Source: Candidatus Uhrbacteria bacterium
GTDB lineage: Bacteria > Patescibacteriota > Patescibacteriia > UBA9934 > GWF2-40-263
DNA: 64,000 nt
Reading direction: 5' to 3'
NCBI GenBank assembly: GCA_016844925.1
Contig: JAERTI010000018.1
Span: forward strand, 1,221-65,220
Under the pieces are notes generated by a model that saw nothing but the letters and a program-made list of their open reading frames with translations, was not told the DNA's origin and searched no databases. Below, in pieces: positions 49,295 to 59,100 of the stretch. Position numbers and translations under genes: made by a program. Every line of letters starts with the position of its first letter. Within the stretch, counting starts at the first letter, position 1.

Positions 49295-51646
49295 ATGAAG
49301 CGGACACACTTGGCAGGCCTGACACTGATCGCCCTGCTGGCGAGCGGATGCGACAAGATCTCTCCGTTCGTCAGTGACGAGCTGCGAGAGAGCGTGTGCG
49401 ATCGCGATGGCGACAACCTGCTTCGGCAGAGCGCCTACTGCGGCGGCACGGACTGTGACGACAGCGATGCGAGCATTCTCAGCGCGCCTGGGTGGTACCT
49501 GGACGTCGATCGAGACACCTACGGTGCCGGCGAGATCGAGTACCACTGCGAGCAGCCCGAGGGCTACGTGAATCGAAACAGTGACTGCGATGACACCGAG
49601 GCTCTAGTGAGCCCGGAAGGCATCGAGTCCTGCAACGACGTCGACGACGACTGCGACGGCCAGATTGACGAGGAGAACATCCTCACCTGGTGGCTGGACG
49701 CAGACAGCGATGGCTACGGCAACCCCGAAGCGCCCCTGGTCATCTGCGACCAGCCCGCAGGCTACGTCGACAACGACGAAGACTGCGACGACACCACGGA
49801 CGCCATCAGTCCGGACGACGAGGAGGTCTGTGACGACGGGATCGACCAGAACTGTGATGATCTGGTGGACAACGCCACGGAGTCCCTGCTCTGGTACATG
49901 GATGCCGACATGGATGGCTTCGGCGACGAAGACGTCTGGCTCTATTCCTGCGAGGACACCGTCGACGGATACGTTCTGGACAACCAGGACTGCGACGACT
50001 CCAACTTGGATGTCCACCCGGACGCCAGTGAAGCGTGCGCCGACGGCATCGACAACGACTGCGACGGCGAGATCGACACGGACGCGGTAGACACCGACTG
50101 GTTCCACGATGCGGACGGCGATGGCTACGGCAACCCAGACGACACGCTCAGCGACTGCGCGCCCCCTTCGGGATACGTTGGTAACGACCAGGACTGCGAG
50201 GACTCCCTCGCGGACGTGAATCCTGAGGGCGTGGAAGTCTGCAACGACTGGCTCGACAACGACTGCGACGGAACACCTGGCGATTGTGATCCTCTCGGGG
50301 AAATCAGCAGCACAGATGCTGAAATCTCCCTCACGGGAGACGTGGCCTATGACACCTTCGGTTCAGCGACCTGTTCGCTGGATTTCGACGGAGACGGCGT
50401 TCAGGACCTGGTCGTGGGCGCAGAGGGTGTGGACACGGGCGGCTCGTCCTCTGGGACGGTGTACGTGTTCCTGGGAACCGTGACAACGGGACTGACGGCA
50501 ACAGACGCCGACATCACGATCAACGGCCCCAGCGACAACGCGCTCATGGGCTCAAGACTCGTGTGCGCCCCTGACATGACCGGTGACGGCATCGACGATC
50601 TGATCATCGCTGCCCCCGGAGACAACAGGGTCTACATCCTTGAGGGAGACCCCTCCCTCACAGGTGAGTCCGATGTCACGGACATCGCCACCTACACCCT
50701 GACCGGCAGTGGCCAGTTTGGCTCCTCGATCTCGAGTGTCGATGACTTCGACGGGGACACTCTGGCAGACATGCTCATTGGGGCTCCTGAGAATGACACC
50801 TCTGGCACAGACGTTGGGGCTGTCTACTTCATCCTCACCGCGGACCTCACGGCAGGTGAACAGAGTGCAAGCGACACCGCTTACGCCACGTTTCTCGGTG
50901 ACACGGCCTCCGACACCCTCGGAGAATCCGTCGTAGCCCTGAGCGATGTCGATGGCGATGGACTTGCCGACTTCCTGCTGGGAGCACCCGGCAGTGATCT
51001 TGGTGGGGCAGATGCTGGAGCAGGCCACCTCGTGCTGAGCACAGGCCTTTCCTCCGGCTCTCAGAGCATCGGCGGTGTTGCAGACGCTACCTTTACCGGA
51101 GAGTCTGATGATGACGCCCTGGGCTCCGCTGTCTTCGACGCAGGAGATACCGACGGTGACGGCCTCAGTGACCTGGGACTCTCTGCTCCGTACTCAGACA
51201 CGGGCACCAACAACGCTGGGTCGATCTACCTGATCTCCAGCACAACACTCGCCAGTGGCGTCCAGGACGTTGCCGGCGCCAGTGCCACGCAGCTCACAGG
51301 CGTGGGCAGCGACGACCGCGTTGGCTCTGGGACATTCGGCGCCCCAGGCGATCTCAACGGCGATGGCTACTCAGACATCCTCGTTGGAGCGCAGCTCAAT
51401 GACTCGGTCAGTACGAGCACCGGCTCCGCCTACCTCTTCTACGGCCCTGCCACAAGCGGGACCGTGAGCCTGGCGGACGCAGACCTGATCGTACGCGGTC
51501 AGAGCAGCTACGGAGAGCTTGGTAACGCCGTTGCCTTCTCTCCGGACGTCAACGGCGATGGCTACGACGAACTCCTGCTGGGAGCCCAGTACGAAGGGGG
51601 CTCAAGTACGGGGGGCGTACGCGTCTTCTACGGCGGGGGCTACTAG
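49295..51646 (+). CDS. lipoprotein with putative metal-binding (MopE-related) repeats and FG-GAP/integrin-alpha beta-propeller (GC-rich)
   Basis: lipobox ASGC; repeated WxxDxDxDGYG...DCDD...E.C.DGIDNDCDG; about seven DxxGDGxxDLxxGAP repeats; SD GGAGG. Confidence 0.9.
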   Translation: MKRTHLAGLTLIALLASGCDKISPFVSDELRESVCDRDGDNLLRQSAYCGGTDCDDSDASILSAPGWYLDVDRDTYGAGEIEYHCEQPEGYVNRNSDCDDTEALVSPEGIESCNDVDDDCDGQIDEENILTWWLDADSDGYGNPEAPLVICDQPAGYVDNDEDCDDTTDAISPDDEEVCDDGIDQNCDDLVDNATESLLWYMDADMDGFGDEDVWLYSCEDTVDGYVLDNQDCDDSNLDVHPDASEACADGIDNDCDGEIDTDAVDTDWFHDADGDGYGNPDDTLSDCAPPSGYVGNDQDCEDSLADVNPEGVEVCNDWLDNDCDGTPGDCDPLGEISSTDAEISLTGDVAYDTFGSATCSLDFDGDGVQDLVVGAEGVDTGGSSSGTVYVFLGTVTTGLTATDADITINGPSDNALMGSRLVCAPDMTGDGIDDLIIAAPGDNRVYILEGDPSLTGESDVTDIATYTLTGSGQFGSSISSVDDFDGDTLADMLIGAPENDTSGTDVGAVYFILTADLTAGEQSASDTAYATFLGDTASDTLGESVVALSDVDGDGLADFLLGAPGSDLGGADAGAGHLVLSTGLSSGSQSIGGVADATFTGESDDDALGSAVFDAGDTDGDGLSDLGLSAPYSDTGTNNAGSIYLISSTTLASGVQDVAGASATQLTGVGSDDRVGSGTFGAPGDLNGDGYSDILVGAQLNDSVSTSTGSAYLFYGPATSGTVSLADADLIVRGQSSYGELGNAVAFSPDVNGDGYDELLLGAQYEGGSSTGGVRVFYGGGY

Positions 51647-51654
51647 CCTCACGC

Positions 51655-51680
51655 AGACCACCAAACGGTGGTCTTTTTTT
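51655..51680 (+). terminator. terminator after the MopE/FG-GAP gene
   Basis: AGACCACC-AAAC-GGTGGTCT followed by TTTTTT. Confidence 0.8.
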
Positions 51681-51773
51681 GTGGGTAAATGCCCCCTTGA
51701 CGCTTCCTAAGATTCCTTGTAGTTTAGCCCCTTACCCATGCTTGTTGTCGGTAAGTAACACATATTGAATAGC

Positions 51774-52910
51774 ATGGCCCTGAAGGAATCCCAACAACTA
51801 CTTGAAGCCATTAAGCGGAGCTCTCGCCCGCTTATTTGTGTACCTTCAGGTGGAGGTGCCGATGCGTATGCTACCGCCATGGGGCTCTCAAAAGTCTTAA
51901 AGAAACTTGAGAAGAAACCCGCGATTGTGGCTGCCGACGGCAAGACCCCCCAGAATCTCCACTTCCTCGAGGGGCACGATGAGATTGAGCCGCGCCTAGA
52001 GAACCTCCGACAGTTTGTGATCGAACTTGATGCAACGAAAACCAAAATCGAAGAGCTCTCCTACGAACACAAAGACGACAAGCTCTTTGTCTACCTCTCT
52101 CCCAAAAAAGGCTTCTGGGATGACAAAGACATTCGAACGAGCGCGAGCGGCTATCGCTTTGACCTGATCATCTGCATCGGCTCACCTGACTACGAATCCT
52201 GCGCGCAGCTGTATACGGAAAACACCGATTTCTTCTATCGCACACCGGTCATCAACATCGACCACTCCCCTGACAACGAACACTACGGACAGATCAACTT
52301 GGTAGATCTGACAGCCAGCGCGTGTGGAGAGGTTTGTCACGACCTGATCGAGTCTATTGAACCTGGGCTCATGGATGAAGAAGTTGCCACGGCCTTTCTT
52401 ACCGGCATGATTTCAAAAACGAAATCATTCAAGACCAAGGGAGTGACCCCCAAGACCCTTCAGACCGCCAGCAAACTTATTGCCAAGGGAGCGAAGCGAG
52501 ATGAAATCGTGGGACGACTCTACCGTACCCGATCCGTCCCAACACTCCGTCTGTGGGGACGTGCGCTCGCACGCCTCAAGGTGGACGAGCAGGCAGGAAT
52601 GGTCTGGACCATGCTATCTCAACAAGACTTCATGCATGCAGGCGCAACGGAAGATGGGCTCACAGATGTTATTGATGAGCTGATCGCCTCCTCACCCGAG
52701 GCTCGCGTCGTTGTCCTTATCTATGAGATGGCAGACCGCAATATCTGCGCCATCATACGCACAGAGCGCCCCTTGGACGCCATCGCGCTCACGCGTGGGT
52801 TTAGCTCCTCAGGAACACGCGAGGAAGTTCGTCTCTGCTTCAGCAAGAAAACGGTCGTAGAGGTAGAGAGAGACCTCATTCAAAAAATCAAAACACAGAT
52901 AACAAAATAG
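51774..52910 (+). CDS. DHH family phosphoesterase (NrnA-like, degenerate motifs)
   Basis: PVINIDHSPDNEHYGQINLVD, ATAFLTGMISKTKSF, LRLWGRAL; upstream TTGACG-N17-TAGTTT. Confidence 0.8.
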   Translation: MALKESQQLLEAIKRSSRPLICVPSGGGADAYATAMGLSKVLKKLEKKPAIVAADGKTPQNLHFLEGHDEIEPRLENLRQFVIELDATKTKIEELSYEHKDDKLFVYLSPKKGFWDDKDIRTSASGYRFDLIICIGSPDYESCAQLYTENTDFFYRTPVINIDHSPDNEHYGQINLVDLTASACGEVCHDLIESIEPGLMDEEVATAFLTGMISKTKSFKTKGVTPKTLQTASKLIAKGAKRDEIVGRLYRTRSVPTLRLWGRALARLKVDEQAGMVWTMLSQQDFMHAGATEDGLTDVIDELIASSPEARVVVLIYEMADRNICAIIRTERPLDAIALTRGFSSSGTREEVRLCFSKKTVVEVERDLIQKIKTQITK

Positions 52911-52936
52911 ACGGGAACAAGTCCCGTCTATTTTTT
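52904..52936. terminator. bidirectional terminator
   Basis: AAAATAGACGGGA...TCCCGTCTATTTTTT between convergent genes. Confidence 0.75.
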
Positions 52937-52940
52937 TCTT

Positions 52941-55487
52941 TTATTCTGTCACCTCTTCCTCAACAACTTCCTCTGCCACCTCTTCCTCAGCAGCAGCTTC
53001 GTCAGTTACTGCATCTTCGTCAGCGGCAGCCTCCCCTGCAGACTCCTCAACAATCTCTCCCTCATCTACAGATGTTGCTGTCCCCTGCCCTTCTTGAATT
53101 GGCTCAGGAATGGAGGTGGTCAATTCTCCGTTGAGCATGCGCTGCAAGCGAACCTTCGCCACCTCGTTGTCCGGATTGAGCTGTACAACACGGCGCACAA
53201 GGTCGATAGCCGCTTCCTGCTGACCAGCAATCTCATACATCGATGAGAGGTACCAGAGCGCGTTAGAGTAATCAGGGTTCAACTCGACAATACGTGCCAA
53301 CTCACCTGCTGCTGCCTCGTACTCTCCAAGGCGGATCAAGAGTTGAGAGAGTTGGAAGGCAAGACCTGTGTCAGCTGGATTGTTGTTGCGTAGAGCAACC
53401 AATCGTGCCAATGCCTGATCCAGACGCCCCTGACGCTCATAGGTTGCCGCCAGGTAATAGTGTGCTGGAAGGTAATCTGACTTGAACTGAATAGCCGTGG
53501 TGAACGCCTGCTCAGCTGTTGCCAAGAGGTTAGCCTCCTGCTGCGCGGCTGCTTCAGCGGTCTCTGGATCTTCTGCGCTTCGCAGGGCGCGAGCACGCTC
53601 AGCAACCGTCAGATAGACACGACCAAGGTTTGTTCGATGAACAGGGTTAATCCCCTCAAGGGTGATGGCATTGATGAATGCTTGAGCAGCCAAATCTTCA
53701 GCTCCCTGAGCAAAACTCATCAAGTCACGATAAAGGGATCCTTGTACGACCCAGTTGGAGACGTAGTTTGGTTCAATGTTGGTTGCCTTATTTGATGCCT
53801 CGATAGCCAAGGTCACAATCTCGACAACACTCTGTGTTTGTTCTGTGGAAAGTTCCCCAGCGTCAGCAAGAGCAATGGTCTCGCGTGCCTGACGCAAGTA
53901 GGCGGAACTCAGGTTACGGTTGTAGGCGTCTGAGAATCCGTTCAGCTTCACTGCTTTATTCAACTCAGCAATCACGTCCTCAATGGAAGCATCCTCAGAC
54001 TGATCCAACTCAACAGCGTTTGCAAAAGCTACTTCTGCTGCATAGCGAGAGCCTGTGATGAAGAGCGAACCGAGCACAGCTACAGCCACGACCACAAACG
54101 CGAATGATGTAGCGAGACCAAGCTTTGGTGAGCGAGCAAAGTCACTCTTCCAAATCTTGAGCATTACCTGAGAGGCCAAGAGGCCAGAGAATCCCCAGAG
54201 CATGAATTGCATCGTCATGTTGGATGAGTAGAGCACGTGACTTGCAAGCAGTACGGCCCACCCAATAAACATGACGTAGGTCATCTTCCATTCCTCGTGA
54301 TCACGCTCCAAGATGAGGCGACTAAGAGCCTTTACAGCAACCCAGCCCATCAAGACCAACCAAAGGACGGTTCCAACAAGTCCCAAACTTCCAATCATGG
54401 TCATGAGAGAACTCTTGGCGCGATCAAAACGAAGTGTCCAGAAAGCTGATGCATTTACTTCTGTTGGCTTGTAGGCCAAGTAGTCATACATCCATGTACC
54501 AGGACCAGAACCAAAGAGGAGCTGCCCTGTGCTTACATTCAAGGTGTCCTTTGTCACATCCCAGCTAGTTCCATAACTTGGAGACACGACAACGGGAAGA
54601 CTTAAGTTCAACGGACTACTGAGGAACAGGAGCAAAACACTAACAAGCAGCACGACAAGCGGGAGTGCGAACCGACGTGGGTTCGGAAACTCTTGCGATT
54701 GGATGAACACGAATACCCCCAGAAGAACGACACCAAAGATGTTGATGACCCAGAAAAGACCGAAGTCAACGGCGATAAGCGCCAAGAGGGTTACGAGGGT
54801 TACGAACACGATAAGACCACGCATGACCATCCCAAGTGTTCCCACGGGAATCACACGGTCACGCCCCTTGTGAGAGACAAGCCACATAGCCATTCCAGTG
54901 AACATCATTGTGGTCATGAATGTAATGAATCCATTGATCGTTCCTACAGTATTGAATCCACGAGACTGAGCGAAATCAAACGGCAGATGCAGGAGATCAA
55001 ACATTCCCAGCAACGTAATCAATCCGGTAATCGCTGAGGAGAGAAGTAGTGCGAACAGAATATTCCTCTGCACGATTGTTGAGCTGAATCCATTCATGAG
55101 CACGTAGAACAACAGTACAAACATCGCTGTTGAGAGGAAGCTCATGTACTCCTGTGAAGCCTGTCCTACCCATGTCTGGTACCCAGCAATAGAAAGGAAA
55201 GATGAAACGAGTACGGCTACAAAAAACAGGCCTGGCACAATATTCAACCATCCTGACTTAAATGTAAGCCTCTTGCTCATCACCATTTGCCCAAGCCAAG
55301 CCACAAGCCCGACTGTGGTCAAGATAACCAAGAGCATTTGTTTATTCACCTCCAGTACGTTGGTTGTCCATGGAAGAAAGAAAAGTGGGACCAGGAAAAA
55401 GAGAAGGTAAGTTGCCCACCGGGTTACCATGGAAAACACATTCTGTGCCTCCTTTGCTCGGCGTGTTGCTGTCGAAGCCGTTGGCAT
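52941..55487 (-). CDS. polytopic membrane protein (Wzy_C/O-antigen ligase-like) with C-terminal TPR repeats
   Basis: many TM helices, LFGSGPGT, TPRs (AIQFKSDYLPAHYYLA, VELNPDYSNALWYL). Confidence 0.8.
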   Translation of the reverse strand: MPTASTATRRAKEAQNVFSMVTRWATYLLFFLVPLFFLPWTTNVLEVNKQMLLVILTTVGLVAWLGQMVMSKRLTFKSGWLNIVPGLFFVAVLVSSFLSIAGYQTWVGQASQEYMSFLSTAMFVLLFYVLMNGFSSTIVQRNILFALLLSSAITGLITLLGMFDLLHLPFDFAQSRGFNTVGTINGFITFMTTMMFTGMAMWLVSHKGRDRVIPVGTLGMVMRGLIVFVTLVTLLALIAVDFGLFWVINIFGVVLLGVFVFIQSQEFPNPRRFALPLVVLLVSVLLLFLSSPLNLSLPVVVSPSYGTSWDVTKDTLNVSTGQLLFGSGPGTWMYDYLAYKPTEVNASAFWTLRFDRAKSSLMTMIGSLGLVGTVLWLVLMGWVAVKALSRLILERDHEEWKMTYVMFIGWAVLLASHVLYSSNMTMQFMLWGFSGLLASQVMLKIWKSDFARSPKLGLATSFAFVVVAVAVLGSLFITGSRYAAEVAFANAVELDQSEDASIEDVIAELNKAVKLNGFSDAYNRNLSSAYLRQARETIALADAGELSTEQTQSVVEIVTLAIEASNKATNIEPNYVSNWVVQGSLYRDLMSFAQGAEDLAAQAFINAITLEGINPVHRTNLGRVYLTVAERARALRSAEDPETAEAAAQQEANLLATAEQAFTTAIQFKSDYLPAHYYLAATYERQGRLDQALARLVALRNNNPADTGLAFQLSQLLIRLGEYEAAAGELARIVELNPDYSNALWYLSSMYEIAGQQEAAIDLVRRVVQLNPDNEVAKVRLQRMLNGELTTSIPEPIQEGQGTATSVDEGEIVEESAGEAAADEDAVTDEAAAEEEVAEEVVEEEVTE

Positions 55488-55502
55488 AAATCTGTGATTC
55501 AG

Positions 55503-55958
55503 TTAGTTACTAGACTTATATTGATTAATGGCTTGAACGACTTTGGAGTCGTCCTTCATATTTTCGATGAAGAGAATATGGTCGGGATTGATCAACATCT
55601 TATCGGTTGGTCCATGTGCCTCATTCCCCAGTTTTGTCAGAGCGAGGTTGGACGTTTGTTGAATCGTAGCCATTCCGGATTGTAGGTAGAAGACCTCTGT
55701 CAGTGTATAGAAATCATCATCGCTTCGATCGAGTGCTCCGAAATACACCTGACCATTATCCATAAACACGGCTTGATACTCATCCGCCTGAGACTCAGCA
55801 ACTCGCGAGTCACTATCGCCGTAGTAGTACCAAGCACCTCCCAAAACAGCCAAGAGGATCAGTACTCCTATCCAGATCCATCCCTGATGTTTTTTCTTTG
55901 CTCCCCCACTTTTAGGCCTCCCGATTGGTCCGCGATTCATTTTTGAATCAATTGCCAT
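55503..55958 (-). CDS. single-TM hypothetical protein
   Basis: YQAVFMDNGQVYFG...VFYLQ...LTKLGNEAHGP...ILFIEN, a pattern I recognise from CPR proteins. Confidence 0.8.
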   Translation of the reverse strand: MAIDSKMNRGPIGRPKSGGAKKKHQGWIWIGVLILLAVLGGAWYYYGDSDSRVAESQADEYQAVFMDNGQVYFGALDRSDDDFYTLTEVFYLQSGMATIQQTSNLALTKLGNEAHGPTDKMLINPDHILFIENMKDDSKVVQAINQYKSSN

Positions 55959-56073
55959 AGAACAGAAATCACCCAAGATTAACGATGCTCATATTACCGC
56001 ATGGGTAAGGGAGTGACAAGTCAGATAAAGACAAGTTTTACACAGTTTTTCTCCCAAAAAATAAGGGGAAACC

Positions 56074-56108
56074 AAAAGGCGAGACCCTTGCGAGTCTCGC
56101 CTTTTTTC
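56074..56108 (-). terminator. terminator after the giant repeat protein
   Basis: AAAAGGCGAGAC...GTCTCGCCTTTTTT. Confidence 0.75.
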
Positions 56109-56122
56109 TCGCTGTTTTGAGC

Positions 56123-59100
56123 TTAGACAGCTGGCTCTTCAGCCGGTGTCTCTGGGGCAGCCTCAGGAGCAGTCTCCTCAGCCGCTGGCTCTTCAGCCAC
56201 GACCTCCTCGACTACTTCCTCAACTGTCTCTTCGACCACTGTCTCTTCCACAACCTCTTCAACTGTCTCTTCGACTACTGGCTCTTCAGCCGGTGTCTCT
56301 GGGGCAGTTTCTTCAGTTGTTTCTTCGGCAGCTGGCTCTTCAGCAACCTCTTCTACAACCTCTTCGACCGTCTCTTCAACTACTGGCTCTTCAGCCGGTG
56401 TCTCTGAGGCAGTCTCTTCAGTTGTTTCTTCGGCAGCTGGCTCTTCCGTAGCAGCCTCCTCTGCGGCAGCTTCTGCTGCAGCTTCTGCGATGACAGCAGC
56501 ACCAGCCTCAGCGGCTACGTCGCTTGTCACCGTCACCTCAACCTCTTCCTCTGTTCCGTCTGAGATGGTGATCACAGCCTCTTCGACACCCACGGAAATC
56601 CAGTTGAGTTCGATGTCAAAGGCGGTTGTTGAACCAGCGGAGTGATTGATGGTGAATCCTGTTGTGTCCTCATCGCTTACCCAGAGACGTCCTGGGATGT
56701 ACTCATCGGTACGTACGGAGAAGGTCACGATTGGGAGGAACTGATACTCATTCTCGAAGTTCACGCGTACCTCTGTGGCACCAGCGGCGAGTCGTGCTCG
56801 ACCAGCCATGTCTCGTGAACCGTACAAGTGCTCAGCGACTGTCACAGATCCTTCGAAAGCGTCACTTACGACACTAACCGTTGCTGCGGACTCTGTCACT
56901 GTTCCTGATGAGAGGAGATCACCTGTACTTGTTCCACCTTGAATGTTTGAACCGTTGTTACGTGAGACCAATCCCTGAACGATTCCTGAACCAGAGCTCA
57001 GTGGGGTCAGGGCGATGGCAACCGTTGGGTCACCAGCGTTTGCCTTCATACCTTCACCGGCGGTGGAGGAAGAAGTGATGTAGTCACCTACGGCGATCGC
57101 ACCGTTCTCATTGTTTACACGTACTGGAACCTGTCCAATGAAGGCAATTGGCGCGAATGCCTCAGCCTGATTCTTGAGGACAGAGTTACCAAGGACACCT
57201 GGAGCGGATGAAACGATTCCCATCAATCCTGCTTCTGCAGATGTGCTGGATCGTACAACAGCGTTTGTCCTTGAAGTGTCTACAGAGACCAACTCACCTG
57301 CTCGCAGATCACCTGATCCATCAAGCATGTACTCAGCGTAGTCAGCTCCGGCGACGGTCGTATTTTGTGCAAATACGTCTCCATCCTTGTTGACGGCGAA
57401 GAGGTCTTCGTCACCAGATCCATCAGCCTCTGCAATCAACATAACGAGTCCAGTTGTTCCACCGTCGATCTCGTTTCCTGTTCGCTCATCAATGTTTCCA
57501 GGTCCGAAGATAGTCGCGTACGTATCTGTTCCATCATCGGTCTCAATCATGACGATCTCACCGTTTCCATCAGCATCAATCTTTATACCCTGGTGAGGTG
57601 TTGATGCTACGTCAGAGAATGCGTCATCTAGGTAAGTGATGTGCGCACCAGTTCCAGAAGGAGCACCTGCACCGAATGTAATATGCTGCTCTGTTCCAGT
57701 TGCGTCGTACATCATTCCGACACCGAAGTCCCAGTTGTGATCATCTGTATCCAAGAGGATACCAATGTCGTAACCAGCGGACTCTGTGGTCGTGTTATCA
57801 AGGATAAGTCCAACCACCAGAGATGATGCATTGTCCGTACCAAGACCGTCAGTCTCAATCTTCAAACCAGCGGATTTCTCACCAGCTCCGAGAGCTGTTC
57901 CAACGTCTGCGTCAATGTAGAGACCAGCGGCATCAGTCGAGTTGTTGTCGAAGTCGATCTGCATTCCGTGAGTGGTCTTGTCGACAGTTCCTGCGTCCAC
58001 ACCAACCCATGCATCAGCAGCACTTGCTGTTAAGTTGATAGCAGCCACTGCTGCCTCACCACCTGTCAGGTTAAGGGTTGATGTATGAGCGCTGACACTA
58101 ATGTCCTCTCCAGAACTACCCGTAGCAGCAATGTCGATACCACCAGCAGATGCTTCGATGACCAATGCCTCAAGGTTATTCAATGAAGAACCAATAGTTA
58201 CAGGCCCCGTTGAAAGCATGTCGTAACCCGTTACTCCGACATCGATATCAAGTGAGTTTGCATCGATATCTACAATCTGACCTGTTCCGTTCAAAGCAAG
58301 TGTTCCACCAGTTGATGTTGCTGTGATACCAGCAGCACCAGTGAGTGACAGTGTTCCAGATGTCGTCGTGAAGTTTGACGGACCTGCAGCGTCAAGGGAG
58401 ATAGCTCCGACAGCGTCCATGATAATTCCACCGTTTGAAGCGTCAATGTCGAGTCCACCACCGTCAGCTGTTGCGTTCAATACGAGCGCGTTTGCTGCAG
58501 CTTGTGTAGTTGTGAAGTTAATCTGACCGTTCGTGTCTACATCGAGAGACGTTCCATCAATGTCTACTGTCTGACCACTTGCGTTGAGCAAGAGCGTTCC
58601 AGCAGTAGAGTTTACGGTCACACCTGCACCTTCGAGGGTAAGTGATCCACCATTCGTTGTCAGGTTAGATGCACCAATACCGTCGATGGAGATGGCTCCC
58701 AGGGAGTCCATAGCGATACCACCGTTTGAAGCATCAATGTCGATTCCCGCGTTGTCAGCTGTTGCGTTCAATACGATCGCTGTTCCAGATGTTGACGTGG
58801 TTGTCATGTTGATCTGACCTGTTGTGTCCACATCGAATGTTGCTGCGTCTAAGTCAACCGTCTGACCAGAGCCTGAAATTCCGATGGTTCCGCCGGAGGA
58901 TTCCAGAGTCAGTCCAGCATTACCAGCGAGAGTCAAGGTATTGGTAGATGAGAAGTTAGAAGCAGATTGCGCATCAATAGAGATGGCACCGTTTGTTGCA
59001 AGCAGGTCGATTCCTCCGTTGGAAGCATCGATGTCGATTCCCGCGTTGTCGCTTGTTGCGTTCAATACGATCGCTGTTCCAGATGACTGAACACTTGTCA

